The notes: generated from the sequence alone by a model not told the origin. Counted from the stretch's first letter, positions 16,686 through 27,347 are shown. The stretch is 64,000 nt of DNA from Candidatus Hydrogenedentota bacterium (GCA_045863295.1 BTWA01000022.1:1-64000); one strand, 5' to 3'. Numbers and translations: made by a program.

Positions 16686-18929
16686 ATGCTTTTCACGACA
16701 TTGTTCATCGCGTCGCTTTCCTTATGCGCCGGTGAGTATGCAGAACGCGTGCACTCGCTGGATTACACGACGCCAGCCATGACCTGGGATGAGGCATTGC
16801 CTCTGGGTAATGGGACAATCGGATCCTTGGTGTGGGGCGATGGTCATCCTCTCAAGATTTCCCTGGACAGGACCGATCTTTGGGACGTACGGCCGGTTCC
16901 CGAATACGCATCACCGGAATACACGTACGAGACGATGCGGCAATGGGAGAAAGAGGGGCGATACGACGAGCTGAAGGCGATCTACGAAGATCCGTATAGC
17001 AATCGACCGGCGCCGACCAAGATTCCCGCGGGGCGCATCGAAATCGAGTTAGCAGGCAAGCCTGCTTTTACGGGCGCTCGCCTTGCGCTTGACGATCCGC
17101 AGGCAACAGTCCACTTTGGCGATCAGTACGAATTCAGATTGCGCATCCACGCAACAGAACCGGTCGGACTTTTTACCATCCGTGCCCCGGAGGCACCCGG
17201 CATCCAACTGGTTGCGCCAGCGTTTGGCGGCGCGCCGAAGGCCGATGCGGAACGCGGCATAGTCATGGGAGAGCTAGCGTATTTGGAATACGCCGCGCCC
17301 CAGCGAACCGAAGGCGAGAATTGGCGCGCCTATGTGCAGGAGGGTTGGGGCGGGTTCCGGTATGCGGTCCATGTTTGTTGGGAGGCGGCCGCACCGGGCA
17401 CGTGGCATGGCGCCTATTCGATCGCATCCAGTCTGGAGGGAGCCGATCCCGCGATGATCGCGCGGACGCGAGCAGAGTCTGCTCTCAATACCACCAGCGC
17501 ACTCGTCTCGTCGCATGCCGCATGGTGGAGTGCCTATTGGAATCAATCGCGTGTGAACATACCGAACAAGGTTATTGAACGCCAGTATTACCTGGACATG
17601 TACAAGTTTGGCGCGGCAAGCCGGCGTGGATCCCCTCCCATTACGCTGCAGGGTCCTTGGACAGCCGACGATGGCAAGCTCCCGCCTTGGAAAGGTGATT
17701 ATCATCACGACTTGAACACGCAGCTCAGCTATTGGCCGTGTTATGCGGGTAACCACCTTGAAGAGGGGCTGGCATATCTGGACTGGCTTTGGGCCACCCG
17801 GGAGACTTGCCGCGCGTGGACACAACGGTTCTTCGGTATGCCGGGTATCAATGTGCCAATGACGGCGGACTTGGAAAACAAGCCCATGGGGGGCTGGCGG
17901 CAATATACGATGAGTGCGACAACCGGGGCATGGTTGGCACATCACTTTTATCTGCATTGGCAGTTCAGCGCCGACGCGGTCTTTTTGCGCGAACGCGCCT
18001 ATCCTTATCTTCACGATGTTTCCGTATTTCTGGAAGCGGTCACAGCCAAGCGGGATGCGTCCGGCAAGCGGTCCTTGGCGTTGTCGTCATCGCCGGAAAT
18101 TCACGACAACAAGCCCAATGCGTGGTTTTCCAGTATTACGAACTATGATCTTGCGCTGATACGATGGTGTCTACTGGCAACGGCGGAATTGGCGGATGCA
18201 GTTGGGAAGGGTGACGAAGCGACCCATTGGCGGCAGGTTTGCGCTGAACTTCCCGCGTTCGCAGTGGACCCTGCCGGCGCCCTTCTGGTGGCGAAGGATC
18301 AACCGTTGACGGAGTCTCACAGGCATTTCTCCCACCTCATGGCCATTCATCCGCTGGGCTTGATCGATCCGGAGCAGGGCGAAGAATCCCGGCGCATGGT
18401 TGAGGCATCTTTGGCTGATCTTGCGCGACTGGGAACGGACTATTGGTGTGGATACAGTTTTGCGTGGGAGTCCAATTTGGCGGCTCGGGCTGGAGATGGT
18501 GCGCGGGCTGCAAGGGCGCAAGAGTTGTTTGCCACGTCGTTTGTCCTGCGGAACAGCTTTCACGCCAACGGCGATCAGTCGGGCCACGGTCACAGCAAAT
18601 TCACGTACCGTCCGTTTACTTTGGAGGGCAACTTTGCATCCGCGGCGGGTCTGCAAGAAATGTTGCTTCAAAGCCACGCGGGAGCGATCAACGTTTTTCC
18701 GGCCGTGCCGGACGAATGGGCAGATATTTCGTTTGAGCGTCTCCGGGCACGCGGCGCGTTTCTGATATCGGCGCAGCGGGTTGGCGGCCGAGTCACCCAT
18801 ATTGGCGTGGAGTCCGAAAAGGGCGGTGTATGCCGCGTACGCACGCCATGGGACGACGCCGTCGTAGAACTTGTCATGGCTCCCGGCGAGATCAAAACGA
18901 TTGAACCAGGTTCATCTCCGACGCGGTGA
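16686..18929 (+). CDS. GH95 family glycoside hydrolase (alpha-L-fucosidase/galactosidase-like)
   Basis: WDEALPLGNG, LQG.W, W.GDYH.DLN, SPE, HRHFSHL, LLQS and FPAVP motifs. ATG 16686 has GGAG RBS. Confidence 0.88.
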   Translation: MLFTTLFIASLSLCAGEYAERVHSLDYTTPAMTWDEALPLGNGTIGSLVWGDGHPLKISLDRTDLWDVRPVPEYASPEYTYETMRQWEKEGRYDELKAIYEDPYSNRPAPTKIPAGRIEIELAGKPAFTGARLALDDPQATVHFGDQYEFRLRIHATEPVGLFTIRAPEAPGIQLVAPAFGGAPKADAERGIVMGELAYLEYAAPQRTEGENWRAYVQEGWGGFRYAVHVCWEAAAPGTWHGAYSIASSLEGADPAMIARTRAESALNTTSALVSSHAAWWSAYWNQSRVNIPNKVIERQYYLDMYKFGAASRRGSPPITLQGPWTADDGKLPPWKGDYHHDLNTQLSYWPCYAGNHLEEGLAYLDWLWATRETCRAWTQRFFGMPGINVPMTADLENKPMGGWRQYTMSATTGAWLAHHFYLHWQFSADAVFLRERAYPYLHDVSVFLEAVTAKRDASGKRSLALSSSPEIHDNKPNAWFSSITNYDLALIRWCLLATAELADAVGKGDEATHWRQVCAELPAFAVDPAGALLVAKDQPLTESHRHFSHLMAIHPLGLIDPEQGEESRRMVEASLADLARLGTDYWCGYSFAWESNLAARAGDGARAARAQELFATSFVLRNSFHANGDQSGHGHSKFTYRPFTLEGNFASAAGLQEMLLQSHAGAINVFPAVPDEWADISFERLRARGAFLISAQRVGGRVTHIGVESEKGGVCRVRTPWDDAVVELVMAPGEIKTIEPGSSPTR

Positions 18930-18938
18930 GGGCAGAAA

Positions 18939-21263
18939 TCACGCTGCGGGAGCGACTCCGAACTTCGCCTCAACGCCGGGCAGGTATTCGCTAATTTCGT
19001 GTTGCAGCAGGTCGATCTTCGCACGAAGCATATCGATGGTATGGCTGAAACTGGCATCTCCCCTGTGATAGGTGTCGAGACGTACATCTTTTTCCGCGAC
19101 CGGAACCGCGAGTTGCGCATTTTCCAGTTCGTCACGGAGCACCGCTTCCCACTCTTTCAAAAGGGCGTGAGCCTCTGACAGCTCCTCCTGAGAGCGGTTG
19201 GTTTGGGCGGCAAGCTCGTTGATCCGATCGCGGATCATGCATGAGCGCGTGAAATTCACCTGGGTTCGCGCGATGTGGTAGAACCAGCGTACTGAACTTG
19301 CTTCGGCATCGAACGTAAGGCGGCAATGTTCGGGCACGAGGGGATCTGCCTGGGCGATATGGTCAACCGCTTTGCCGAGCAATTCCCTCATCTTCTTATA
19401 GTACTCGAGAAACACGGGTGGATTTCCGGACGGTTTGGTGAAATAGGCTGGAAGGCCGTTCATGGCTTCCGACGCTTTCATCTCCGCCAGAAACAAGTAG
19501 TAGCCGTTGAACACCGCCGGGACTTCTGCATTGAGGTCGGCAATCATGGGATGCGCAGGCCCGAGATAATGCGGGCCTTTATAGTAGTCCCCTATTTGGG
19601 GCACATTCGGTACGGCTTCAGAAACCAGCGTCCACGCCTTTCGCAAGAGGGGCCCGGCTTCCTTTCCCGCCACTCGCGCGGCGAGCGATTGCATAAACGC
19701 TTCGCGCTCCGGCATTGGCGACCAGTAGTTGAACTTGTACGCTTCCGCCGAGACCGAGCCGTGATACGGTCCCATTTGCCATATGTACGAACTCTCCGCG
19801 CCGCTTGAGGCAAGCGCATCCGCCCGATCCATCCATCGGTCCATGCACGGAATGTTGGGTAGGATTGACGCTTCGAACGTTTCTTCGGCCATGCTGAGCA
19901 GTCGAATGGGTATACCCACGGCGTTGCAGGCGGCTATTTGTTGTTTTGCCCGAACGCCGGGGGCCACCATGTCGATGCTGTAGTCCCATAGGCTTTTTCT
20001 CACACCGCCGGGCTTCTCGACGATTTCATCCTTTTCGATTTCCGTCAAGATGCCGGTACCGGGTTTCAGTTTTGCAATGAAGCCGGTCTGCGCCTTGTCG
20101 CTGGACCACACATGTTCCGCGGAGTAGGGCCATGCCAATACAACAGCATTGGGATTGTGTTTGCGCGCGCTTCCGGCCAGGAGATTGCACAGATTGGCAA
20201 CCACGGTGTCCGCCCCCAGAGCGTCGCAGCGTTTGCAGTTTGTATGTCCCTTTTCGACACCGTATGGCCGCATGTAGCAGTGATAAAAGCCCTCGCCGCC
20301 AATGATGATCTGTATGCCATCCAAATCCGGAACTTCTCTAAACAGCCCTTCGATGCTTTCGCGCAACCATTGCTGGACAAGGGGATGCTCGGTGCACATT
20401 GTGTATTCGCCGTCGGCTTTCCATGTGAGTGCGCCCTTCACATCGGGATGTGCCTTAAACAAAGGGTGATCGGCAGGAAATTTCTCGACCGTGCCGAGAT
20501 GGGCATACGTTTTCAATCCGTATTTCTTGGCCTCCGCCACCGTGGCGCGGTTCTGTTCCAGTGCGCCAGGTATGGCGCGATCCAAGAGCTCGGGAATCGC
20601 CTTGGACGTGGACAGCGCATATAGACTGCCTCCTGCGACTTGCACGCCATTGTGACCCATAAACACGTTGTGCATGTGCGATCCCAGACCGCCAACGCGG
20701 ACGGGAAGCCGGGGTGTATACACGTGTTCGCCAATGGCAAGAATTGGTGCCTGACGCAATCCTATGAGGTCGACCAGGCGCACGATACCGTCCCGAAGAC
20801 CGTTTGCATCCATGCCGGAGATTTCGATTCGGTTCTGGTAGACGGCAATAGTGAAACTTTCCGGCACTCCTTCCTTTCCCCCTCCGGATTCTGACAATAC
20901 GATAGCCGGCTGTGAATCCGCGTTCTGGGTTTCTCTCTTCAAGTCCACATTCATCCGGCGGGCCATGAAGTCCATGAAATGATCGGCCATGAGGGTTGTC
21001 ACGGTTTGCGGTTTTTCGGGAATCAAGAGAGCCCAGGTGCTGTCAACGATCACTTCACCTTCGGCAGGGGTCGCCTTCGGATCCAGGGAGAAACGGGAGA
21101 AGTAGTCTATGGACAGCGCAGAGAAAGGGCTGGCCGCATAGTTTGCCGCGGCCTCGGCCGAACGTTCGCTCATGCGTTTCCAGAAATCCTGCAGGGTTGG
21201 GTCCTCGCCAAAGGCGGGGCACACTCCCAACGTGAGTACGATTATCCACGGACGAATACGCAT
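18939..21263 (-). CDS. Secreted hypothetical protein, glycoside-hydrolase-like (GH20/GH67-type N-terminal domain)
   Basis: Signal peptide after ATG 21263; ESFTI.V...I.ISG.D.NGL..G module; long ORF. Confidence 0.6.
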   Translation of the reverse strand: MRIRPWIIVLTLGVCPAFGEDPTLQDFWKRMSERSAEAAANYAASPFSALSIDYFSRFSLDPKATPAEGEVIVDSTWALLIPEKPQTVTTLMADHFMDFMARRMNVDLKRETQNADSQPAIVLSESGGGKEGVPESFTIAVYQNRIEISGMDANGLRDGIVRLVDLIGLRQAPILAIGEHVYTPRLPVRVGGLGSHMHNVFMGHNGVQVAGGSLYALSTSKAIPELLDRAIPGALEQNRATVAEAKKYGLKTYAHLGTVEKFPADHPLFKAHPDVKGALTWKADGEYTMCTEHPLVQQWLRESIEGLFREVPDLDGIQIIIGGEGFYHCYMRPYGVEKGHTNCKRCDALGADTVVANLCNLLAGSARKHNPNAVVLAWPYSAEHVWSSDKAQTGFIAKLKPGTGILTEIEKDEIVEKPGGVRKSLWDYSIDMVAPGVRAKQQIAACNAVGIPIRLLSMAEETFEASILPNIPCMDRWMDRADALASSGAESSYIWQMGPYHGSVSAEAYKFNYWSPMPEREAFMQSLAARVAGKEAGPLLRKAWTLVSEAVPNVPQIGDYYKGPHYLGPAHPMIADLNAEVPAVFNGYYLFLAEMKASEAMNGLPAYFTKPSGNPPVFLEYYKKMRELLGKAVDHIAQADPLVPEHCRLTFDAEASSVRWFYHIARTQVNFTRSCMIRDRINELAAQTNRSQEELSEAHALLKEWEAVLRDELENAQLAVPVAEKDVRLDTYHRGDASFSHTIDMLRAKIDLLQHEISEYLPGVEAKFGVAPAA

Positions 21264-21391
21264 GGCTTGGTTCGCTCCCGTTTCCGCATTGATGTGATGC
21301 ATGCGATCATACCATTTCGCATACGTTTGTTCCCATGGGGTACACTCCGGTGATACTATCCGCAAAACTGACGTTGGGAGCGATTTTGCAC

Positions 21392-22159
21392 ATGAAGACA
21401 ATGTTTATTGGCATATGTCTGATATTGGGGTGCCTTGGAGCAAACGGCGAAGAACCGTCAACCTCATTGCACGGTGCCGCTATCCCCCGCCTGTATGTCA
21501 TTGGCGATTCTACCGCGGCCAGTTATCCCGATGATCGGAGTCCGCTGACCGGCTGGGCGCAGGTATTGCAGGATGCATTTGATGCGGATCGCCTGATAGT
21601 GGAGAACCGGGCCAAGAGCGGCCGTAGTTCCAAAAGTTTTTTTGAGGAAGGCGCCTGGCAACCCATTTTGGAAGCGTTGAAGCCGGGTGACTTTGTATTC
21701 ATCCAGTTCGGGCATAACGACTCCAACAAAGACGATCCCAATCGTTTCACTGAACCAGACACTACATACAAGGCGTTCTTGACCACTTACGTGGAAAATA
21801 CACGGTCTAAAGGGGCTACTCCGATTTTGCTCACGCCGATAAACCGGAACCGCTGGAATGCGGATGGGGTATTTGAGGATTCAATGGGCGAATATCCACG
21901 CGCCGTACGCGAGTTGGCGAAGGCGCTGGACGTACCCGTAATCGACATGCATCGGCTTACCGAAACTCGCTTCAGCCACTTGGGGCCGGATGGGACGCGA
22001 CAGTTGTTTCTCTATTTGAAGAAGGGCGAATCCCCCAATTACCCGGATGGAAAAGAAGATGGTACCCATCTTTGTCTGAACGGAGCGCGTGAGATTTGCA
22101 GTCTGGCCGTTGACGAGATACGCAATTCTCGTCTTCCACTTGCGGCATACCTGAAGTAG
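21392..22159 (+). CDS. Rhamnogalacturonan acetylesterase-like SGNH hydrolase (CE12)
   Basis: IGDST, GWAQ, N.A.SGRSS, IQFGHND and DGTH motifs. Confidence 0.92.
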   Translation: MKTMFIGICLILGCLGANGEEPSTSLHGAAIPRLYVIGDSTAASYPDDRSPLTGWAQVLQDAFDADRLIVENRAKSGRSSKSFFEEGAWQPILEALKPGDFVFIQFGHNDSNKDDPNRFTEPDTTYKAFLTTYVENTRSKGATPILLTPINRNRWNADGVFEDSMGEYPRAVRELAKALDVPVIDMHRLTETRFSHLGPDGTRQLFLYLKKGESPNYPDGKEDGTHLCLNGAREICSLAVDEIRNSRLPLAAYLK

Positions 22160-22163
22160 CGCT

Positions 22164-22619
22164 ATGGCACCCTCGATCTATGTAGACGGCGATGCGTGTC
22201 CAGTCAAGAACGAAGTGTATCGCGTCGCGGAGCGTTGCGGACTCCCGGTTGTCCTGGTAACGAATATGTCGATGTGGGCGCCCGAAAAATCGTGGATAAC
22301 GAACGTCGTGGTTGACGACAATCCCGATGCGGCCGATGATTGGATCGTGGAGCATGTGCAGCCCGGGGACATCGTTGTAACGGAAGACATTCCGCTGGCG
22401 GCCCGTTGCCTAAAGAACGGTTCGGCCGCGGTCAGCACGAAGGGGCGCATTTTTACGGAAGACTCGATCGGCAACACCGTGGCTGGACGCGATTTGATGA
22501 CACAACTCCGCGATCAAGGAATGGTTACAGGAGGCCCTGCACCGTTTCAACCCAAGGACCGTTCACGGTTTCTGCAAAGCCTGGACAAACTCGTACAGGC
22601 CAGTCTGCGCGGCCAGTGA
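22164..22619 (+). CDS. yaiI: YaiI/YqxD (UPF0178) family protein
   Basis: IYVDGDACPVK, DAADDWI, DIVVT.DIPLA and GGP.PF motifs. Confidence 0.92.
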   Translation: MAPSIYVDGDACPVKNEVYRVAERCGLPVVLVTNMSMWAPEKSWITNVVVDDNPDAADDWIVEHVQPGDIVVTEDIPLAARCLKNGSAAVSTKGRIFTEDSIGNTVAGRDLMTQLRDQGMVTGGPAPFQPKDRSRFLQSLDKLVQASLRGQ

Positions 22620-22622
22620 TTG

Positions 22623-25289
22623 TTAAGGAACAGCTACCGGATCCAAATTCCAGCCGGATACGCGCAGCGCAGGCTTTGCCCCGCCCAGGTCGGATTCGGA
22701 GAATTCCACGACCAGCTCTTTTTTCTGCCCGGGCAAGAGACAAAAATCGTTATCGCTCCAGTAGCTCGGCGCCACTTCCGGCCCGCCGGGTCCTGACACG
22801 ATTGCCGGCATGACAAAGAACGCGAGCACATCGGATACATTGCTCAGCCGCACAGTGCCTGTAATGGTACCGCCTTTCTGCTCGAACGCGCAGCCCACAT
22901 CCAGTTTTGCCTTGGGCAATTTGCGGAGCAATGTCAAATCGGCAACGGATTTCGCATTGAGCGCGAAGTTGCGCCAGTCGTCTTTCATTTCGCCTGGCTC
23001 ATCTTTCACAGTGGACAACCAATAGACATTTTCGGAGACGATGGCGTTGTCTTGGCCGGACATGGAAAGAACAACAAAAAATGTCGTGGTGATGTCCTGC
23101 GGCCACGTGAGGTCAAATGCCTTTGCCTTTCCGTTCGCTTCCAATTGAACGACGGCTTCGTTCGCGGCGCGCTCTTTCATATTCATGTCGAGCACGCGTG
23201 CCTGCACCTTAAGACCGGACATGGCTTTATTTACCGTGCTGACGGCCCACACAGAATTGTCGTCGTACGAATACTGCACATGCAAAGGCTCGCACGCTTT
23301 CCTGGCTCCGTAATAGGCGCCGGTGGGCAGCAGGTACCAGTCGATGTAGTGCCATGTCATTACGGCGGGCCACGCCGCATCGTATTTCCAGGTGGTGATA
23401 CCAAGCGCCTCGAACTTGTTCCTGCCGTAGGCTTCGAACATGGCCCGCGCGCACTCGTAGTTCAAGACCTGGCCGGTCAAGCAGAAATCATCGATGTCCT
23501 TGGGTTCACCGTACCGGGCGTTCATTGCCTTGATAGTCTCGCCAAAAAACTCCGCCCCCTGGGTGACCGTGTGAAACGACATGGCTTCACTCCAGAGCGG
23601 CCAGCGATCGGCTTCTGGAATCATGCGTTTGACGCTTTCGGCGACTGAGATGACGCCTCCGATTCCCCCGGACTGTGCGAATCCCCAAGCACGTTCCGGA
23701 TACGAGGTACGGTAATAACGCGTCGGATCGGCATAGGTCCAGAGCTCGCGTGTGCCCGTGCGGGTACCGCCGGTTTTGAAGCGTTCTTCCACGTCAAACG
23801 CACCCGAATGCGGCTGATAAGTGCGATCGGGAATATACTTCGCAATCAGGTCCTTGTACGCCGCATCCAAATTCTCGGTGGGAAACGTCTCATCATGTCC
23901 TAGAAAATGCACCAGGCTGGGATGATTTCGAATCCGCAGCATGGTGTCTTCGATATTGGCAATAGCCAATGGCTCATCGGGTATGCTGCGCCCAAACAAC
24001 TGCTGCGTAACCATGACTCCCAGTTCATCGCATATATCGTAAAACTGGTCGGTCTCGCGTATGGAAAACCCTTCGGAGCGCAGCATGTTCAGGCCGGCCT
24101 CGCGCGCATAGCGGACCAGCGCCCGGTCGCGCCGTTCGGTAAACCGAAGCAACATGTCGTTGGTCATCCATGCACCGCCGCGAATCAGAATGGGGTGGCC
24201 ATTGACACGGTAACCGCGCCAGCCTTCCTGATTGATGAACGTTGTTGCCTCGCGAATACCAAAGCGGGTTGCGGCTTTGTCGGAGACTTCGTCACCGACG
24301 CGGGCCTCCATGGCCAGTGGATACAGCTCTTGGGGTCCCAAGGGGTATGGCCACCATACGCGAGGATTATCGATGGACAAGCCTGGGTGCGATGCCGGGG
24401 TAAACTCCACCCAGCGTACTTCGCGCGGATTCAGTGTGACTTCCTGATCAACCCGAATCTGCTCGATTGTGCCGGAAATGACAGCGGTCACCGGTTCGTC
24501 TGTCACGTTGGCGGCTTGGACACTGACGGTCAATTCGGCCTTGGCAAGGCTTGGCACCTCCAGTTTGGGCAGCACGTACGGATGGCGCAGTATGACGGGT
24601 CCTGTGGCGGACACGTAGACATTCCTCCACACGCCCATATTGAGATCCGGCGGTTGAGGGTTGTGGTCATCCCACCCGGTCGTGGCTTCCAATTGTTTTG
24701 TCCGGTATTGTTGATCCGGCACTTTCCCGGGAGCGCTCACTTCAATAGCCAGACAGTTTGTGTTGTTCGGTGCAACCGCCGCTGTCACATCGAATTCAAA
24801 TCGACGGAACATCCCGATGACGGTGTCGTCACCGGCTATTTTGCGGCCATTCAGCCACACGTTGGCTCTGTAATTGATTCCGTCCAGGTGAAGACGGACA
24901 TTCTTGCCCGAGAATTCCGAGGGGAGCGTGAATTCGATTCGATACCACCATGTGGGGTAAAACGGACTGCTTTCGTCCATGCGCAACCAGGGACTGTCTT
25001 TATATCCCGGAATCTTTTTGAGATTTAATCCATAGTACGGGTCTGGATAAACACCGGCTTCGGCCAACGAACCCAGTACTGTTCCAGGGACAATGGCCCG
25101 GTGCCAGGTGGATGTATCCACGCCCGGAGATGAGAGTGTGCCCCCATCTGGGACAGTGAGGTTGGACGAACTCTGCAGTCGCCAGTCACCCTGCGGCGAA
25201 AGCTCAAGCAGCACAGGATCGGCGCTGGCGGCGACAATGCCGATGAACAGGGAAAGTACAGCGGTCACCAGTGGAAGCAAGCGAGACAT
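22623..25289 (-). CDS. GH2 family protein, exo-beta-glucosaminidase (CsxA)/beta-mannosidase-like
   Basis: VPGTVL..L...GVYPDPYYG.N, DGINYRA.VWLNG, FGIRE, IRGG and RNHPS motifs. Confidence 0.85.
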   Translation of the reverse strand: MSRLLPLVTAVLSLFIGIVAASADPVLLELSPQGDWRLQSSSNLTVPDGGTLSSPGVDTSTWHRAIVPGTVLGSLAEAGVYPDPYYGLNLKKIPGYKDSPWLRMDESSPFYPTWWYRIEFTLPSEFSGKNVRLHLDGINYRANVWLNGRKIAGDDTVIGMFRRFEFDVTAAVAPNNTNCLAIEVSAPGKVPDQQYRTKQLEATTGWDDHNPQPPDLNMGVWRNVYVSATGPVILRHPYVLPKLEVPSLAKAELTVSVQAANVTDEPVTAVISGTIEQIRVDQEVTLNPREVRWVEFTPASHPGLSIDNPRVWWPYPLGPQELYPLAMEARVGDEVSDKAATRFGIREATTFINQEGWRGYRVNGHPILIRGGAWMTNDMLLRFTERRDRALVRYAREAGLNMLRSEGFSIRETDQFYDICDELGVMVTQQLFGRSIPDEPLAIANIEDTMLRIRNHPSLVHFLGHDETFPTENLDAAYKDLIAKYIPDRTYQPHSGAFDVEERFKTGGTRTGTRELWTYADPTRYYRTSYPERAWGFAQSGGIGGVISVAESVKRMIPEADRWPLWSEAMSFHTVTQGAEFFGETIKAMNARYGEPKDIDDFCLTGQVLNYECARAMFEAYGRNKFEALGITTWKYDAAWPAVMTWHYIDWYLLPTGAYYGARKACEPLHVQYSYDDNSVWAVSTVNKAMSGLKVQARVLDMNMKERAANEAVVQLEANGKAKAFDLTWPQDITTTFFVVLSMSGQDNAIVSENVYWLSTVKDEPGEMKDDWRNFALNAKSVADLTLLRKLPKAKLDVGCAFEQKGGTITGTVRLSNVSDVLAFFVMPAIVSGPGGPEVAPSYWSDNDFCLLPGQKKELVVEFSESDLGGAKPALRVSGWNLDPVAVP

Positions 25290-25545
25290 GAGAAGACCCC
25301 CTCTAAAGCGTTGGTTCCAAGAGCCGTTGCGGGCAAACGACTATACCCGGGGGGGAAGAAATCGAGTGCAGGCGCCGATCCCGCGACGGTGCCGGTACAC
25401 CATGAGTATACACGAATCCAGCCCGGCGTTTTCGAATAATTCGCTTTACAGTCCCAAGGAACGGGTATATGCTGCGGATGGGGGTAACAATCGTGCCGGA
25501 CGGCATGAGACGCTTATGCCTTGCCGGCGCGCGGGGGATATGCCA

Positions 25546-26988
25546 ATGCTGACTCATGTAGACCGCCGCTTCTTTCTCGAATCCACCATAGCCAGTGCCG
25601 CTTGTTTGATGGCCTTGCCTACTGCCGGACATGCGGAATCATTGTCCGGTATCCCGATAGTCAGTCCCGGGGCGGTAAGGTCGAAGGTGCCTGTGGGCCT
25701 GTTCTTTCTCGGCAAACCCGGTGCACATTGGCCGATGCCCGATTTGGACGTGGAGGCCGAGGTGGCCGCGTATCAATCCATGTTCAAACTGGATGCGGCC
25801 TATGCCGACATAGAGTTTATTGGTAACCGCTTTGTTTCTGACGTCGCCGGGGTGACTGAATTGCTCGCCCAGATGAAGTCGGTCGACGGCATTCTGGTTG
25901 TGCACATTTCGATGGGCATACGGGACATGCTCGCGGAGATCTTGAAATTCGGAAAGCCTACGATTGTGTTCGCCGAACCCTACTCGGGCCACGAGTGGAA
26001 CACGTTCGGCCGCCTGATGGCGCAACCCGAAGGGGCATTGCTCGATTGTGTGCTTTCCAGCGATCGTCAGGCCATTGACCGATCGATGCGGGCGTTTCGC
26101 GCGATTCATCACATGCGCGAGGCCAAAGTGCTGAATGTAACCTCCCGAGAATTATCCGCAGACTATTGCGCGGCGGCTCGTGCGAAGTTCGGAACGGAGA
26201 TAGTCCGAATAAGCCGAGAAGAAGTTCTTGCCGCTTATGACGCAACAAACGGGCAGACGGTGGAGGAACTTGCGCAATTGGTAATTGCCCAGGCGGCCGC
26301 CGTCGTCGAACCCAGCCGGGACGAGATAGTGCGATCCTGCAAACTTGCCTTGGCGTTCCAGGACCTCGTGTCCGCACATCAGGCGACGGCCATTACGGTG
26401 GACTGCTACGGAACGATGTACCGGCAGTTGCCCGCATTTCCTTGCATCGGATTTACCCGGATCAACGACATGGGTCTTGCCGGCATCTGCGAGTCCGATT
26501 TGTCGAGCGCGCTGACGTTTATGATTCTGCAATCGATTTCGGGCCGTCCCGGTTTTATCAGCGATCCCACCATGGATGAGTCCTCCAACAGCATCGTGTT
26601 GGCCCACTGCCTAGGTTCCACGAAGATGCAGGGACCGAATGGCCCTGCGTGCCCGTACAAGATTCGGAGCATTATGGAGCGCGAGGAAGGCGCGGTGATG
26701 CAAGTCAAGATGGATGAAGGCCAGGCGGTGACACAGGCCATTCTCGTGGGAGCGGACAAACTGCTTTATTTCACGGGAAAAGTCACTGGCACGCCCGATG
26801 TCGAGCGCGGATGCCGTACCAAGATCGTGGCGCAGGTCGATGGCGATGCCAAGGTTCTTTGGAGAAACTGGACGGCCGGTTTGCATCGGGTTACCTGCTA
26901 CGGCGATCTCTCGGAAGACTTAATCCGGTTCTGTCGATTCAAACAGATTTCGATTACGAACGAAGCCGCGGATTCTGCACAGGCATAA
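25546..26988 (+). CDS. L-fucose/L-arabinose isomerase-like protein (paralog 1), Tat-type leader
   Basis: DRRFFL leader; CESD, GFISDP, LAHC, CRT and LHRV..YGD motifs. Confidence 0.72.
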   Translation: MLTHVDRRFFLESTIASAACLMALPTAGHAESLSGIPIVSPGAVRSKVPVGLFFLGKPGAHWPMPDLDVEAEVAAYQSMFKLDAAYADIEFIGNRFVSDVAGVTELLAQMKSVDGILVVHISMGIRDMLAEILKFGKPTIVFAEPYSGHEWNTFGRLMAQPEGALLDCVLSSDRQAIDRSMRAFRAIHHMREAKVLNVTSRELSADYCAAARAKFGTEIVRISREEVLAAYDATNGQTVEELAQLVIAQAAAVVEPSRDEIVRSCKLALAFQDLVSAHQATAITVDCYGTMYRQLPAFPCIGFTRINDMGLAGICESDLSSALTFMILQSISGRPGFISDPTMDESSNSIVLAHCLGSTKMQGPNGPACPYKIRSIMEREEGAVMQVKMDEGQAVTQAILVGADKLLYFTGKVTGTPDVERGCRTKIVAQVDGDAKVLWRNWTAGLHRVTCYGDLSEDLIRFCRFKQISITNEAADSAQA

Positions 26989-27142
26989 GTTTGGAACCCC
27001 GTATGGGTGCGCGTATTCCAGAAGGAAGACGCGCACTCGACTATTCAGTTGCGTGGTCTGCACCTCGTGTTGAGTCCGCACATGAGCTGCCGCTAGACTT
27101 CGACTCGTTCGGCTTGCCTGACTATCAAGTCATGGTCGACTT

Positions 27143-27347
27143 TAGCCCGCATTTTGCACCACGCTGATGGCCTGCGTGGAAGACTGAAGTACAGACTCCG
27201 TGGTGCAAAATGCTTACACAGAATAGTTTGGACATGAGACGCTGAGGATAATTCACGAGCACACTGTACTTACATCGGATGGGTCAATGGCCCGGTAGCA
27301 TTGTTGTTACACCGTTAGTTGGACAAGGTCGTGAAATATCCGGGTTG
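27143..27347 (+). mobile_element. MITE-like element, copy 1 (degenerate right end)
   Basis: Collinear with the reverse complement of 55909-56163; ends TAGCCCGCATTTTGCAC ... GTGAAATATCCGGGTTG. Confidence 0.75.

Noticed and set aside
23907..25028. Long antisense or alternate-frame ORFs (e.g. 23907-25028, 5406-6236, 61427-62413, 32291-33232)
   Set aside because: They are shadows of well-supported genes in GC-rich DNA and show no recognisable motifs.
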